Below, piece after piece: positions 29,040 through 38,645 of a stretch of DNA of 64,000 nt. Under the pieces are notes generated by a model that did no database searches, had not been told where the DNA came from, and saw only the letters and a program-made list of their open reading frames with translations. The translations under genes and the position numbers were made by a program. Origin of the DNA: Streptosporangiaceae bacterium. GTDB lineage: Bacteria > Actinomycetota > Actinomycetes > Streptosporangiales > Streptosporangiaceae. The stretch spans positions 2,081 through 66,080 of the forward strand of contig JBAUAR010000011.1 of assembly GCA_049675875.1 (NCBI GenBank), read 5' to 3'. Numbering within the stretch: position 1 is the first letter of the stretch; the number at the start of each line of letters is the position of its first letter.

Positions 29040-30530
29040 ATGAGAATCCGTGCCGCCGGGACCGCCGTCCAGGTCCGCCACGACCCGGATCAGGCCAGCG
29101 AGGGCCAGTCCGAGGAGGCCCGCCAGACTGCGAGGCAGGTGACGGCTATCGTCGGCGTCCTGGCCCTGGCGGTCTTCATGTCCAGTCTCGACCTGTTCAT
29201 AGTGAACCTGGCGTTCCCGTACATAGGCCGCCAATACCACGGCACCAGTCTCGCCTCACTGTCCTGGGTGCTGAACGCATACACGATCGTGTTCGCGGCC
29301 GTGCTGATCCCCGCCGGCCGCTGGGCGGACCGGGTCGGCCGCCGCCGTATCTTCATCGCCGGCTTGATCGGCTTCACGGTCGGGTCGGCGGCATGTGGCC
29401 TGTCCCCTGGCGTGCCTGAGCTGATCGCCGCGCGGGTCATCCAGGCCGGCGGCGCCGGCCTGATGGTGCCCGCCTCGCTCTCGCTCTTGCTGGCCAACGT
29501 GCCCGCATCCGGACGGGCCAGGGCGATCGGGACCTGGTCGGCGTTCGGCGCACTTGGCGCCGCGCTCGGACCGGTGATCGGAGGCAGCCTCGTCCAGCTC
29601 AGCTGGCGCTGGGTGTTCTGGATCAACATCCCGGTCGGCCTGCTCGCTGTGCTGCTGGCCGCACGGGTCGTACCGGAGAGCAAGGAACGGCACGCCCGAG
29701 GCAGGCCGGACCTGGCCGGCGCCATACTTCTGGCCGCCGCCGTCGGCCTCATCGCGTTTGCCCTGGTGAAGGCACCCACGTGGGGATGGGCCTCGGCCGG
29801 GTTCATCGACCTGCTCGCCGCGTCGGTGGTGTGCGGCGCGATCATGACATGGCGTTCCCACCGGCATCACTCGCCGGTGATCGAGCTCGGCCTGCTGCGG
29901 TCTCGCACCTTCAGCGGCACGTTCGCCGCATCGATCCTGTACTACGCAGCGTTCGGGGCGTTCGTGCTGAACTCGGTCGAGTTCCTCACTGTCGTCTGGC
30001 ATTACTCCGCGATCCGGGCGGGCCTGGCAATCGGTCCCGGCCCGCTGATGGTGCTGCCGTTCGCCCGTGCAGTGGCGCCTCGCCTGGCGGCCCGGCTCGG
30101 CGGCCCGGGCCGCGTCGCCGCGATCGGCTGCCTGGTCAACGCCGGTGCCATGGCGCTGTGGCTTACCCAGATCCAGACGCAGCCGGCGTACCTCACGCAC
30201 CTGCTGCCGGCCCAGCTGCTTGGCGGCGCCGGAGTGGGCCTGACGATCCCGTCGCTGCTCGCTGCCGGCAGTCTGTCGCTCACCCCGGATCGGTTCGGAA
30301 CGGGCAGCGGAGTACTCAACATGGCTCGTCAGGTCGGCACGGTCCTCGGCGTGGCGGCACTCGTAGCCATCCTGACGCATGTCGGCCCGGAGCCAGTCAC
30401 GACCTTCCGGCACGCCGTCGTCCTGGTCATCGGATTCTTCGCGGGGGCAGGCCTGGTCACCGCGATTCTGCTGACTGGCGCTTTCCGCCCGGCGGCACCA
30501 GCCGCCGCCGCTTCGGACCCGCGCGAATGA
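29040..30530 (+). CDS. MFS transporter (DHA2/EmrB-like, 14 TM)
   Basis: FMSSLDLFIVNLAFPYI, GRWADRVGRRRIF and many TM helices. The ORF-track start at 28668 overlaps hxlR and is rejected. Confidence 0.85.
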   Translation: MRIRAAGTAVQVRHDPDQASEGQSEEARQTARQVTAIVGVLALAVFMSSLDLFIVNLAFPYIGRQYHGTSLASLSWVLNAYTIVFAAVLIPAGRWADRVGRRRIFIAGLIGFTVGSAACGLSPGVPELIAARVIQAGGAGLMVPASLSLLLANVPASGRARAIGTWSAFGALGAALGPVIGGSLVQLSWRWVFWINIPVGLLAVLLAARVVPESKERHARGRPDLAGAILLAAAVGLIAFALVKAPTWGWASAGFIDLLAASVVCGAIMTWRSHRHHSPVIELGLLRSRTFSGTFAASILYYAAFGAFVLNSVEFLTVVWHYSAIRAGLAIGPGPLMVLPFARAVAPRLAARLGGPGRVAAIGCLVNAGAMALWLTQIQTQPAYLTHLLPAQLLGGAGVGLTIPSLLAAGSLSLTPDRFGTGSGVLNMARQVGTVLGVAALVAILTHVGPEPVTTFRHAVVLVIGFFAGAGLVTAILLTGAFRPAAPAAAASDPRE

Positions 30531-30561
30531 ACCACGAGCCAGTTCCGGAGCGGCTAGTCGC

Positions 30562-30828
30562 TCATCTCCGTGATCGCCACGGCATCGACCCGGTCCGGCC
30601 GCCGAGCACGAGCGTTTCGAGCAGCTCCGCGACCAGGTGCGCTCGGCCGACGACGGTCACGGCCTTCCGGAGGACTTGCTCCACGGAAACCTCCTCCACG
30701 CCCCGGATCACGCCGTGCTGAGCGAACGAGGGCCGGTCGCGATCAACTGGAAGGCGTCCGGGCGCGGTCCGCGCCTCGCCGACTTCCACCGCAGCAGCAG
30801 TCCGTGCCGCGTTCCGCCGGTAGGTCAT
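30562..30828 (-). CDS. Hypothetical protein or gene fragment
   Basis: Third-position G/C bias supports this strand and frame. No family recognised. Confidence 0.3.
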   Translation of the reverse strand: MTYRRNAARTAAAVEVGEARTAPGRLPVDRDRPSFAQHGVIRGVEEVSVEQVLRKAVTVVGRAHLVAELLETLVLGGRTGSMPWRSRR

Positions 30829-30921
30829 CGGTCCGGCGAGGGAACGACGGTGGTTCACCGCCGCCGCGACAAGGTGCTTCTCCCCCGCCCGGCGTCATCC
30901 TGCGGTCTTGCGGCCAGCCGG

Positions 30922-31731
30922 TTATCCGGCGGGCTTGCGGGCCAGCCAGACCGTACGGCTGGTGCGAACCGTCAGGTCGTCGCGGACGGACAAGGCCGGG
31001 AGCAGGGCATCGAGTTCCGCGACGTCACCGGCACTGAGCTGGTCCGCCAGGCCGTTCCGGGCGCGGCAGACCGTAACCATGGCGTAGCGGGTGACGGAGG
31101 CGGCCATCGGCGAGTCCGGCGGCGGCTGCAGCGCGATCACGAAGCGGCGTTCGGACTCGACCGCGAACCCGGCTTCGGCGAAACGGGCAGGCCAGTCCTC
31201 ATGCATGTGCAGGCCGGCCTCGTCACGACCTCGCGCCATGGCGGTGTGGATCCGCTCCTCGAGCGCCGAGCCCGCCGGGTCGCTGAGAAAACGCGGGAAC
31301 GACTCCATCTCGGTGACCGCGAGCAGTCCCCCCGGACGCAGCATCTGGTAGATCTGCGCGACCGCCCGTGCCGGATCGCCCATGTGGTGCAGCGAGTTGG
31401 CGGCCCACACCAGGTCAGCGGGCTTCAGGCCAGCAGGCCATGCCTGATCGAGGTCGGCTTGGACGGTGCGGATCCGGTCGGCCAGCCCGGACGAGCGGGC
31501 CTTGTCCTGGATCTGCTTCAGCATCTCCTTGTCGACGTCCAGCGCGATCACCTCGGCGTCCGGCAACTGCCTGGCCAGCGTCAGGGTGGCGGTGCCTGTG
31601 CCAGCACCCACGTCGATGACGCGGGCTCGTTCCGTGAGGTTTGCCGAGGCCCACTCGGCTACCTCCCGGTGGTACTCGCTGAGGACCTCCGCGTCGAGGT
31701 CGAGCAGGTCAGCCATGTGTTCGTGTGCCAT
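30922..31731 (-). CDS. Class I SAM-dependent methyltransferase
   Basis: Has motif I VIDVGAGTGTATLTLA and the acidic residue ALDVD. Confidence 0.85.
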   Translation of the reverse strand: MAHEHMADLLDLDAEVLSEYHREVAEWASANLTERARVIDVGAGTGTATLTLARQLPDAEVIALDVDKEMLKQIQDKARSSGLADRIRTVQADLDQAWPAGLKPADLVWAANSLHHMGDPARAVAQIYQMLRPGGLLAVTEMESFPRFLSDPAGSALEERIHTAMARGRDEAGLHMHEDWPARFAEAGFAVESERRFVIALQPPPDSPMAASVTRYAMVTVCRARNGLADQLSAGDVAELDALLPALSVRDDLTVRTSRTVWLARKPAG

Positions 31732-31778
31732 GTGTCGAAGGTACCGCTGTCTTGCCGCTACGGCATATGCTCTTGCGT

Positions 31779-32375
31779 ATGAAGCAAGACGCTGATCTGG
31801 ACGCTCTTGTCCGGCAGCGCATCCGGGGTCTGCGTACGTCGCTGGGCTGGTCCCTGGACGAGCTGGCGGCCCGGAGCTACTTGAGCGCGTCCACGCTGAG
31901 CCGGATCGAGACCGGTCACCGGCGGATTGCCCTGGATCAGCTCACGCCGATCGCACGGGCCCTCGGCACCACGCTTGACCAGCTGGTGGAGTCCGACGAT
32001 GACGCCGACGTGGTAATCAGGCCGCTCCGGGATGAGGCGCGGGGCATGACGACCTGGCTGCTGTCGCGGACCGGTGCGCCGCGCGGCATGACGATCGCGA
32101 AGCTGCGCGTAACCAGGAAGGTGCCCGCCAGGCTGCGCGTCCACCCGGGCCGGGACTGGTTCACCGTCCTGTCCGGCACCATCGTGCTACGACTGGGCGA
32201 GCGGACCATCCTCGTCCGGGCCGGCGAGGCGGCGGAGTTCTCCACGATGGAGCCGCATGCGTTCGGCGCGCAGGAGGAAGCCGCGGAGATACTGTGCATC
32301 CTCGACCACGACGGCACCCGCACCCATCTGGGGCCGGGCGGCCACTCCCCCGCTACCAGCTCCGAGGAGGCCTGA
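31779..32375 (+). CDS. XRE-family HTH regulator with C-terminal cupin domain
   Basis: HTH is IRGLRTSLGWSLDELAARSYLSASTLSRIETGHRRI. Cupin-like C-terminus is RVHPGRDWFTVLSGTIVL...EAAEFSTMEPHAF. Confidence 0.85.
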   Translation: MKQDADLDALVRQRIRGLRTSLGWSLDELAARSYLSASTLSRIETGHRRIALDQLTPIARALGTTLDQLVESDDDADVVIRPLRDEARGMTTWLLSRTGAPRGMTIAKLRVTRKVPARLRVHPGRDWFTVLSGTIVLRLGERTILVRAGEAAEFSTMEPHAFGAQEEAAEILCILDHDGTRTHLGPGGHSPATSSEEA

Positions 32376-32509
32376 CCTGCCCCATGGCGACCTGAACGTC
32401 ATCGGGAGATCGGCACCAGCCCATGCCCGGCGGAGAGGCGAGCGCAGCGATGACGTCCCAGTAGGCGACGAAGCAGGCAGGTCTGCACGCCTCGGCTTCC
32501 CAGGGAATC

Positions 32510-32640
32510 TCAGGAGGGCAGCGGCACTACCACGATCGGCGTGGTGGTTGGCGCCGCCGTACCGCCGGCGGGCTCTACGGTCATGGCGAGCTTGTCGCCA
32601 GGTACCAGCCCGGTGGCCTGAATTTCAGCAGCCCTTTCAG
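32510..32640 (-). pseudogene. Anti-sigma-K (RskA-like) C-terminal remnant
   Basis: KLAMTVEPAGGTAAPTTTPIVVVPL matches the RskA C-terminal motif (TxEPAGGSxxPT). Nothing RskA-like lies upstream. Confidence 0.35.
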
Positions 32641-32860
32641 GAGTTGGCATGCTTATCCCTTCCGGAGCCAACGCCCCGTGATCTGGGTGCGGCCGTGATT
32701 CACCCCGGTACTTCGTGGCAAGTGCGTCAACGGATTGGATGTCGGCTGCGTTATCTCGGGCGGCTGCGAGCTGAAGGTGCGCTGCGCGTTGCGACAAGTC
32801 GCTGATCGGCGTTGCTTCGGATACTGGGTCAGAGCGCGGTGACCGCACGGCCCGACCACT

Positions 32861-34240
32861 TCACGCCACCGCTTCGGTGAACTCCCCGACCGCGTTGAGG
32901 TATGCCGCCACGTCCTCTGGTGTGTGCGTCACCGAGACCGTGGGCCCGAGCCACCAGCCTGACTCCCAGACGCCACGGTTGGCGAGGAACAGCCGGATGA
33001 GCGCACGCAGGCCGGGGTCATCGCAGTCCCGCGCGCCGCGGGCATCCCGCGGAGGCTGCGGGCTGAAGAAGTAGTAGGCGTGTGAACCGTGCGTGTTGAC
33101 CGACCACGGAAGCCCGGCCCGGTCGATGAGTGCCCGCAAACCTGCCGCGAGCTTCTCACCCAGCCTCGCCGTGGTCATGAATGCCTCCCGCGACAGGACC
33201 TCGGTCAGGGCGGCGCGGGCAGCGGCCATCGACAGCGCGTTAGCGAACAGCGTGCCTCCCGTAGCCACCTCGTCGTAGGCGATCCCGGACACAGCCGCTC
33301 CGCCCGCCGGCGGACGCAGCGCCACAGCCACGTCGTCCGTCATCCCGTAGGCGCCCAGCGGCACCCCGCCGGCGATCGACTTGCCGACCGTCAGGAAGTC
33401 CGGTTCGAGGCCCCACTCGGTGGTAAGCCCGCCGTGCGCGGTAACGAGCGTGTGAGTCTCATCGATCGCGAGCAGCGTCCCGTTGCGGCGGGTCAGCTCC
33501 CGCAAACCATCGTGGAAACCAGGATCGGGCAGGAGGAACCCTGCATTAGTCATCGCTGGCTCTGTCAGCAGCAGCGCCACGTCGCCAGGCGCGAGGGCAC
33601 GCTCGACGGCATCCAGATCATTGAATGGCACGATTCGAAGATTGGCCGCTACCTCGACTGGCAAGCCGGTGTACTCCGGCAGAACCCTGCCATCTTCGAG
33701 GACGCCCAGCGTTGGCTCAAGGTGACCGTGGTACTTGCCGTCGAACACGACGACCCTCTCACGGCCGGTCCGGACCCGCGCGACCCGTACGACCTCCGCG
33801 TTCGCCTGCGTCGCAGACAGCGTGAACTGCCACTTGTCCATCCCATACCGCTGTGCAAGCGCCTCAGCCACGACCAGTGCGTCCTCGGACGGCAGGAGGA
33901 ACTGGCTCCCTGCCGCGATCCGCTCACAGACGGCACGGACGACTGGTGCGGGGGCGTGTCCGCAGAAGGCGCTCATGTCCGCGATGTACATGTCCACATA
34001 CTCGTGACCGTCAAGGTCCCAGAACCGAGACCCCGCCCCGTGCGACACCCATACCGGCGGATGATCGTATAGCTCATCCATCCACGACATCGGAACCCCA
34101 CGGGGCATCGTCCACGCGGCGCGAGAGGTCGCCTCCACCGAACGTGGACGGTCGTCCCGGAACCTTTTCCCTTCGGTGGCAGAAAGTGCCTCAATCTTGG
34201 CCTGATCCACCCAGGACCCCCTGCAAGGCTGCCCCGTCAT
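32861..34240 (-). CDS. Class III aminotransferase (glutamate-1-semialdehyde aminomutase-like)
   Basis: DLDGHEYVDMY, LLAIDETHT and TVGKSIAGGVPLGAYG (PLP lysine region). Confidence 0.85.
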   Translation of the reverse strand: MTGQPCRGSWVDQAKIEALSATEGKRFRDDRPRSVEATSRAAWTMPRGVPMSWMDELYDHPPVWVSHGAGSRFWDLDGHEYVDMYIADMSAFCGHAPAPVVRAVCERIAAGSQFLLPSEDALVVAEALAQRYGMDKWQFTLSATQANAEVVRVARVRTGRERVVVFDGKYHGHLEPTLGVLEDGRVLPEYTGLPVEVAANLRIVPFNDLDAVERALAPGDVALLLTEPAMTNAGFLLPDPGFHDGLRELTRRNGTLLAIDETHTLVTAHGGLTTEWGLEPDFLTVGKSIAGGVPLGAYGMTDDVAVALRPPAGGAAVSGIAYDEVATGGTLFANALSMAAARAALTEVLSREAFMTTARLGEKLAAGLRALIDRAGLPWSVNTHGSHAYYFFSPQPPRDARGARDCDDPGLRALIRLFLANRGVWESGWWLGPTVSVTHTPEDVAAYLNAVGEFTEAVA

Positions 34241-34338
34241 CGGTCACAGTATGCGCCTTCCACCGAAGACGCATGGCAGGCCGTGGCTGCCACCTGCGGC
34301 CGTTCTGCTTCGGCTACTCGTCAGCGCAGACCGCGCCC

Positions 34339-34982
34339 TCAGGCGCCGGACCGGTAGTCAAGGTCAGAGGAGAAGGCGGCGTTTCGTCGTCCTCTCACCT
34401 CCCAGCGCAGCGCTGGGTCCGTTGACTGCAGCACGTCACCGTGAAGCTCGGTACCGGGGTGATCGAGGCCGGGGATACCACACTGGACGTCGCCTGGATC
34501 GGAGGCGTCGCCTTCGGCCTCCACCGACAGATAGCCGACCACGCCGATGCGCTTGCGGGCCGCGATGTGCTCAAGGGCGATGCGGGCTCGACGCACGGCG
34601 TGCACCTCGCCGATAGCTGGACCGTACTGCCGTGCGACCGTTCCGCCGGCGCGGCCGAGGAAGATGTCGGCGAGCGCGGCGCCCGTTGGAGGTCCTTCCC
34701 GTTGTCGTCGACGTAGAGAACGACTTCCCAGGGAGTGCTCGGCTGCACGCGGTCGAGGAAGCGGATGGACATGACGACCCGCAGGCTGGAAAGGTCGACA
34801 CCGTCGGCGTGTCCGTCGTGGATATGCCACGACAACGCGCCGAAGCACTCCCCGAAACTGGAGGGCCCGCCGGGACGGCCGCCCACGCTTCGGCATGGGC
34901 AGATGGCCTCGCAGTTGCATCCCTCGAAATAGGACCCGCGGATACGCCAGTCCACCACCGGGCTTAACACTGACACCGCCAT
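34339..34982 (-). pseudogene. DUF1326-family protein with an internal frameshift
   Basis: The N-terminal half (WRIRGSYFEGCNCEAICPCR...VVLYVDDNGKDLQ) lies in one frame. The C-terminal half (GAALADIFLGRAGGTVARQYGPAIGEVHAV...) lies in another. They join at about 34680-34690. Confidence 0.6.
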
Positions 34983-34987
34983 CTCCT

Positions 34988-36637
34988 TCAGAGACCGGAT
35001 CGTCTCGTGGCACCGTGTGAATCCCCGTGTGATCTGCCAATCGCGGTCCGAAGGACCTGCTCTGGATCGTCGACGTGGACTCCCCGCCACGCCACGTGCT
35101 GGTCGGGTCTCACCAGAACAAGTCCGGCGTCGAAATGAGCGGCGCAGTCGGATGCGTCCACCTCGACAGCGGCCATCGGCACGCCGAGAGCCGCCGCGGC
35201 TTGAGCGAGGGCCTGACCCGCGGCCAGCGAAAGGTCTCCGACCAGCGAGAACTCTCGTCCGAGCCGGTCGTACAGGGACTCGCCGTCCAGGCGGAAGTGG
35301 GGCAGGCGACCGCCGGGTGCAGCGTTCGGGGTGTAGGTGCCGTGAGCTGCTGGCGCTGCCGATCTCGCGCCGACGATGACGGGCGAGTTGTCGTAGCGGT
35401 AGCCCAGGGTGAGGCCCAGGCTGTGGAACTCGCTGTCTTTCGTACGCCGGATGGCGTCAGCGGCAGGCTGTCGGGTCGCCTCGAACTGCTGGTCACTGTC
35501 GGCTTGCAAGACGGCCGCCAGTTCGGGCGCCAGGTTCGACATATTGCGCACGGCCTCGTCGATAGTCTGCCGGGCCACGGGTCTTCGTTCCAGCTCGTAT
35601 GTATCGAGAAGATCAGGCGGCGCCCACCGGTTGATGACTGCGGCGAGTTTCCAGCCAAGGTTGACGGCGTCACCGATGCCGGTATTGAATCCGTGCCCAC
35701 CCCATGGCGGGTTCTGGTGGGCTGCGTCGCCGGCGATAAACAGCCGGCCGTTCCGCCAGAGGCCGGCGAGCGCGATGCGCGCCTGCCAGGCGTCTGTGGA
35801 GAGAATCTCGACCGCTACGTCGGTTCCGACCAGGTTGCGGACTATCTCCCGTGGGTCGGCCTGCTGCGTCCCGGGGTCGACACCGTTCGCGCTGCACCAC
35901 CACCTGTCGGCGAGGTCAAACCGCCCTACCAAGCCGGGCTGGGATGCGGAGAGGACCCAGTAGTGCACGGCCGGTCCGTGCGGTACGTGGTCGGCCAGGC
36001 CGGGCGCCCGGAAGACGATGCTGAAGTTGGGCCGACCTCCGTCGACGACGTCGTAGTCCGACTGCAGAGCGTCCCTGACGACGCTTCGCGCACCTTCGCA
36101 GCCGATGACCCAGTCGGCGGCGACGCGGCGGCTGGCGCCGGTCCGGTCGACGACATCGACCCAGGTTCCATCTTCGCCCTGGCCGGCGGCCACTCCCTGT
36201 ACCCCGAGCGCCAGCCCGGCCAGATCGGAGGTGGTCAGCGTCTCGCGCAGGACTTCTTCGACGACTGGCTGGGCCACTTGCTGCCCGGCTTCGGCGACCA
36301 GCTCCGAGCCAGTCAGGTCGAGGCCGAAGCAGCCGGTGATGCGGGTGATCTCCCGGCCCGTCAGCGCCGTGCAGAACACGGCGGTGTCCGACCAATCGAC
36401 CGGCAGCCCGGCGCGACGGCGGATCTGCCCGGCGATGCCCCAGCGGCGGAAGTGCTCCATCGTCCGCGCGGAGGTCGTCTTGGCTCTCGGCCGCAGGTGC
36501 GAGACGTCCGGTCGGCGCTCGAGTACCAGACTCTCCACACCGTGGTGGGCTAACTCGACGGCGCAGGACAGGCCGACCGGTCCGCCGCCGACGATCAGGA
36601 CGGGGGTGTGTCCGGGGAGCGTCTCAACGGCCGGCAC
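34988..36637 (-). CDS. FAD-dependent aromatic-ring hydroxylase (PheA/TfdB-like)
   Basis: VLIVGGGPVGLSCAVELAHHG, IGCEGARSVVR and FIAGDAAHQNPPWGGHGFNTGIGDAVNLGWK. Probable GTG start at 36637. Confidence 0.8.
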   Translation of the reverse strand: MPAVETLPGHTPVLIVGGGPVGLSCAVELAHHGVESLVLERRPDVSHLRPRAKTTSARTMEHFRRWGIAGQIRRRAGLPVDWSDTAVFCTALTGREITRITGCFGLDLTGSELVAEAGQQVAQPVVEEVLRETLTTSDLAGLALGVQGVAAGQGEDGTWVDVVDRTGASRRVAADWVIGCEGARSVVRDALQSDYDVVDGGRPNFSIVFRAPGLADHVPHGPAVHYWVLSASQPGLVGRFDLADRWWCSANGVDPGTQQADPREIVRNLVGTDVAVEILSTDAWQARIALAGLWRNGRLFIAGDAAHQNPPWGGHGFNTGIGDAVNLGWKLAAVINRWAPPDLLDTYELERRPVARQTIDEAVRNMSNLAPELAAVLQADSDQQFEATRQPAADAIRRTKDSEFHSLGLTLGYRYDNSPVIVGARSAAPAAHGTYTPNAAPGGRLPHFRLDGESLYDRLGREFSLVGDLSLAAGQALAQAAAALGVPMAAVEVDASDCAAHFDAGLVLVRPDQHVAWRGVHVDDPEQVLRTAIGRSHGDSHGATRRSGL

Positions 36638-37661
36638 GAAGATCGTCGTCCTCGGCTCGGTCCGCCAGCACCGACGTCGCCCACTCAGCAATGGTCCGGG
36701 CATAGAGCTGCGGATCGGCCTGGTGCAGGGCGTGGGGTTGCTGAGGGAACGAGCGATACTCGAATGACTGGCCAGCACCGGTAACAAGCTGGCGCACGTG
36801 CTCGACCTGCTCATCGGAGATGGCGCCAATCAGGTTGCCGGTGTCGGCGTCGATCATCCGGAAGTGGTGGGTGAACAGGACGGGCACCCTGGCCGCGGCG
36901 ATCATGCGAGCGTGGTCGCAGTTGGCGGCGACGGTGCCCGTCCAGAAGGCGCGCGCCCACTCCGGGTCATATTCACGCAGGTTCTGGGGCGGCCCGGTGG
37001 CTGCGCCGTTCCCGCGGCCCGCGACGAGCCCCGCTACCCAGCCCGGCAGTTCGCTCGGCGCCGCGCGCAGGAGACCATCCCAGTCACCAATCGACCATTG
37101 ATCGCCGAGCCACTTTGCGTAGAGCGCCCAGAGCGGCCCCACACACTGGCGCATGCCGTGGCCGTAGGCGGGGGTCAGCTCGGAGGAGAACAACGGCGGG
37201 TCCTCCCATGCTGCGGCGATGACCTGGCCCGGTCGGGCGTAGGCGGAGAGCCACGCCGCGAGGACCCCGCCTGACGACAGTCCGCTGACCACGGTGGGCC
37301 GGCGGATGACCGTATCGATGAAGCGGACCAGGTCGTTACCCATGTTGTCGAGGCTGTATCGACCAGGCGTCCAGCTCGAGCGGCCCTGCCCGCGCAAGTC
37401 GACGGCATAACAGCAGAACCGTTCGGCCAGTAGCGGCAGAGCCGACTCGTAACCCCACCACGATTCGGTCTGGCCCGGGATGAGGAGCAGTGGAGGTAGC
37501 GATGGGTCGCCGGCAGTGGCGTAGTTGAGGCGGACCTCGCCCAGGTCCACGAGCTGTTCGGGGTGCGCATGGGCGACGAATATGTCTGCCCGACCGGCCG
37601 CTTCGAGCCTGCTAAGCGCTGACGGCGTCCGGTCCGGTGGCGTTGCGCCGGGTTGAGTCAT
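36624..37661 (-). CDS. Alpha/beta hydrolase
   Basis: PLLLIPGQTESWW with the nucleophile elbow VSGLSSGG. ATG preceded by an AGGAGCC RBS. Confidence 0.8.
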   Translation of the reverse strand: MTQPGATPPDRTPSALSRLEAAGRADIFVAHAHPEQLVDLGEVRLNYATAGDPSLPPLLLIPGQTESWWGYESALPLLAERFCCYAVDLRGQGRSSWTPGRYSLDNMGNDLVRFIDTVIRRPTVVSGLSSGGVLAAWLSAYARPGQVIAAAWEDPPLFSSELTPAYGHGMRQCVGPLWALYAKWLGDQWSIGDWDGLLRAAPSELPGWVAGLVAGRGNGAATGPPQNLREYDPEWARAFWTGTVAANCDHARMIAAARVPVLFTHHFRMIDADTGNLIGAISDEQVEHVRQLVTGAGQSFEYRSFPQQPHALHQADPQLYARTIAEWATSVLADRAEDDDLRAGR

Positions 37662-38223
37662 TGGTTGGCTCCTTGGCGGGACACGTAACGTCCGACACTG
37701 CGATGGTGCCACTGGCTTACGTCAGCTGACGGGACTGAAGGAAGATCCCGAGTACCCGACGAAGGATGGCGACGGTCTGCGCGGGCATCCAGCGAGCTTT
37801 CAGAGATCCTCCAGGAAGTGTGGCTACCGTTCAGTACATGGATGAGTTCCGAGCCCGCCGCGTGGTCGATTCGGTCCAGGACCGTCGCGTCAACGCTCAC
37901 CTGTTTCGTGGGGGCCCTGGCCAGCGGATCGCACGCGAAGATCGGCGCAAGGAGAACGGGACCATGACACCGCAGCAGAAAGCATTGATAGCAGAGCTTC
38001 GGGTTGCCGACTACCCGGCCACCTGGAAGCTGAGCGCGAGGGCGGCTGACGACAAGCTGGTGGCCAGCGGCACTCAGATGTAAACGTCAGCGCGCGCTTG
38101 ATCTGGTGCCTGCAGACGGTCTCAGCCCGGCCGCCGGGATCCGCGCCGACCTGGCGCCAGTCACATTGTCCGAGGGGCTGCTTAGCATGCAATCCGAGAG
38201 GATCCCCATGGGAGGAGGTCGTT

Positions 38224-38574
38224 ATGACCAGCAATGTGAACTACTTTGAGATTGGCTCACCGGACCCGGCGGCGTCGCAGGCGTTCTATGGCGGCCTGTT
38301 CGGCTGGGAGGTCGGCAAGCCGTCGGTGCCGGGCCGGTACAGCATGATCGACAAAGATCGCGGCGGCTTGTGGGATACCTCGCAGACGGGGGCCGGCAGC
38401 TGGGCGATCTTCTACGTCCAGGTCGATGACGTGCCCACGGCGGTCGACCGAGCGCAAGGCCTCGGCGCGACCGTGGTCGTACCACTGGTCGACAACGGGG
38501 CGATCGAGTTTGCGCATCTGAGCGATCCCATGGGGAACCGCTTCGGCGTCTGGTGCCCCAAGCCCGCCCGCTGA
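38224..38574 (+). CDS. VOC (glyoxalase/bleomycin-resistance) family protein
   Basis: NYFEIGSPDPAASQAFYGGLFGWEV...FAHLSDPMGNRFGVW. GGAGGAGG RBS. Confidence 0.85.
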   Translation: MTSNVNYFEIGSPDPAASQAFYGGLFGWEVGKPSVPGRYSMIDKDRGGLWDTSQTGAGSWAIFYVQVDDVPTAVDRAQGLGATVVVPLVDNGAIEFAHLSDPMGNRFGVWCPKPAR

Positions 38575-38645
38575 GAGCCTGCGCCGGTCATAGCAGCGCC
38601 CAGAACTACTTCGTCGAACGTGGCGACGTACGCATCTGCTCGTTG

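Noticed and set aside
37964-38083. 39-codon ORF (MTPQQKALIAELRVADYPATWKLSARAADDKLVASGTQM) with an AAGGAGA RBS upstream of the VOC gene.
   Set aside because: The RBS and ATG are good. However, codon bias is mixed, no family is recognisable, and it is too short to support from sequence alone. It might be worth checking in Ribo-seq data.
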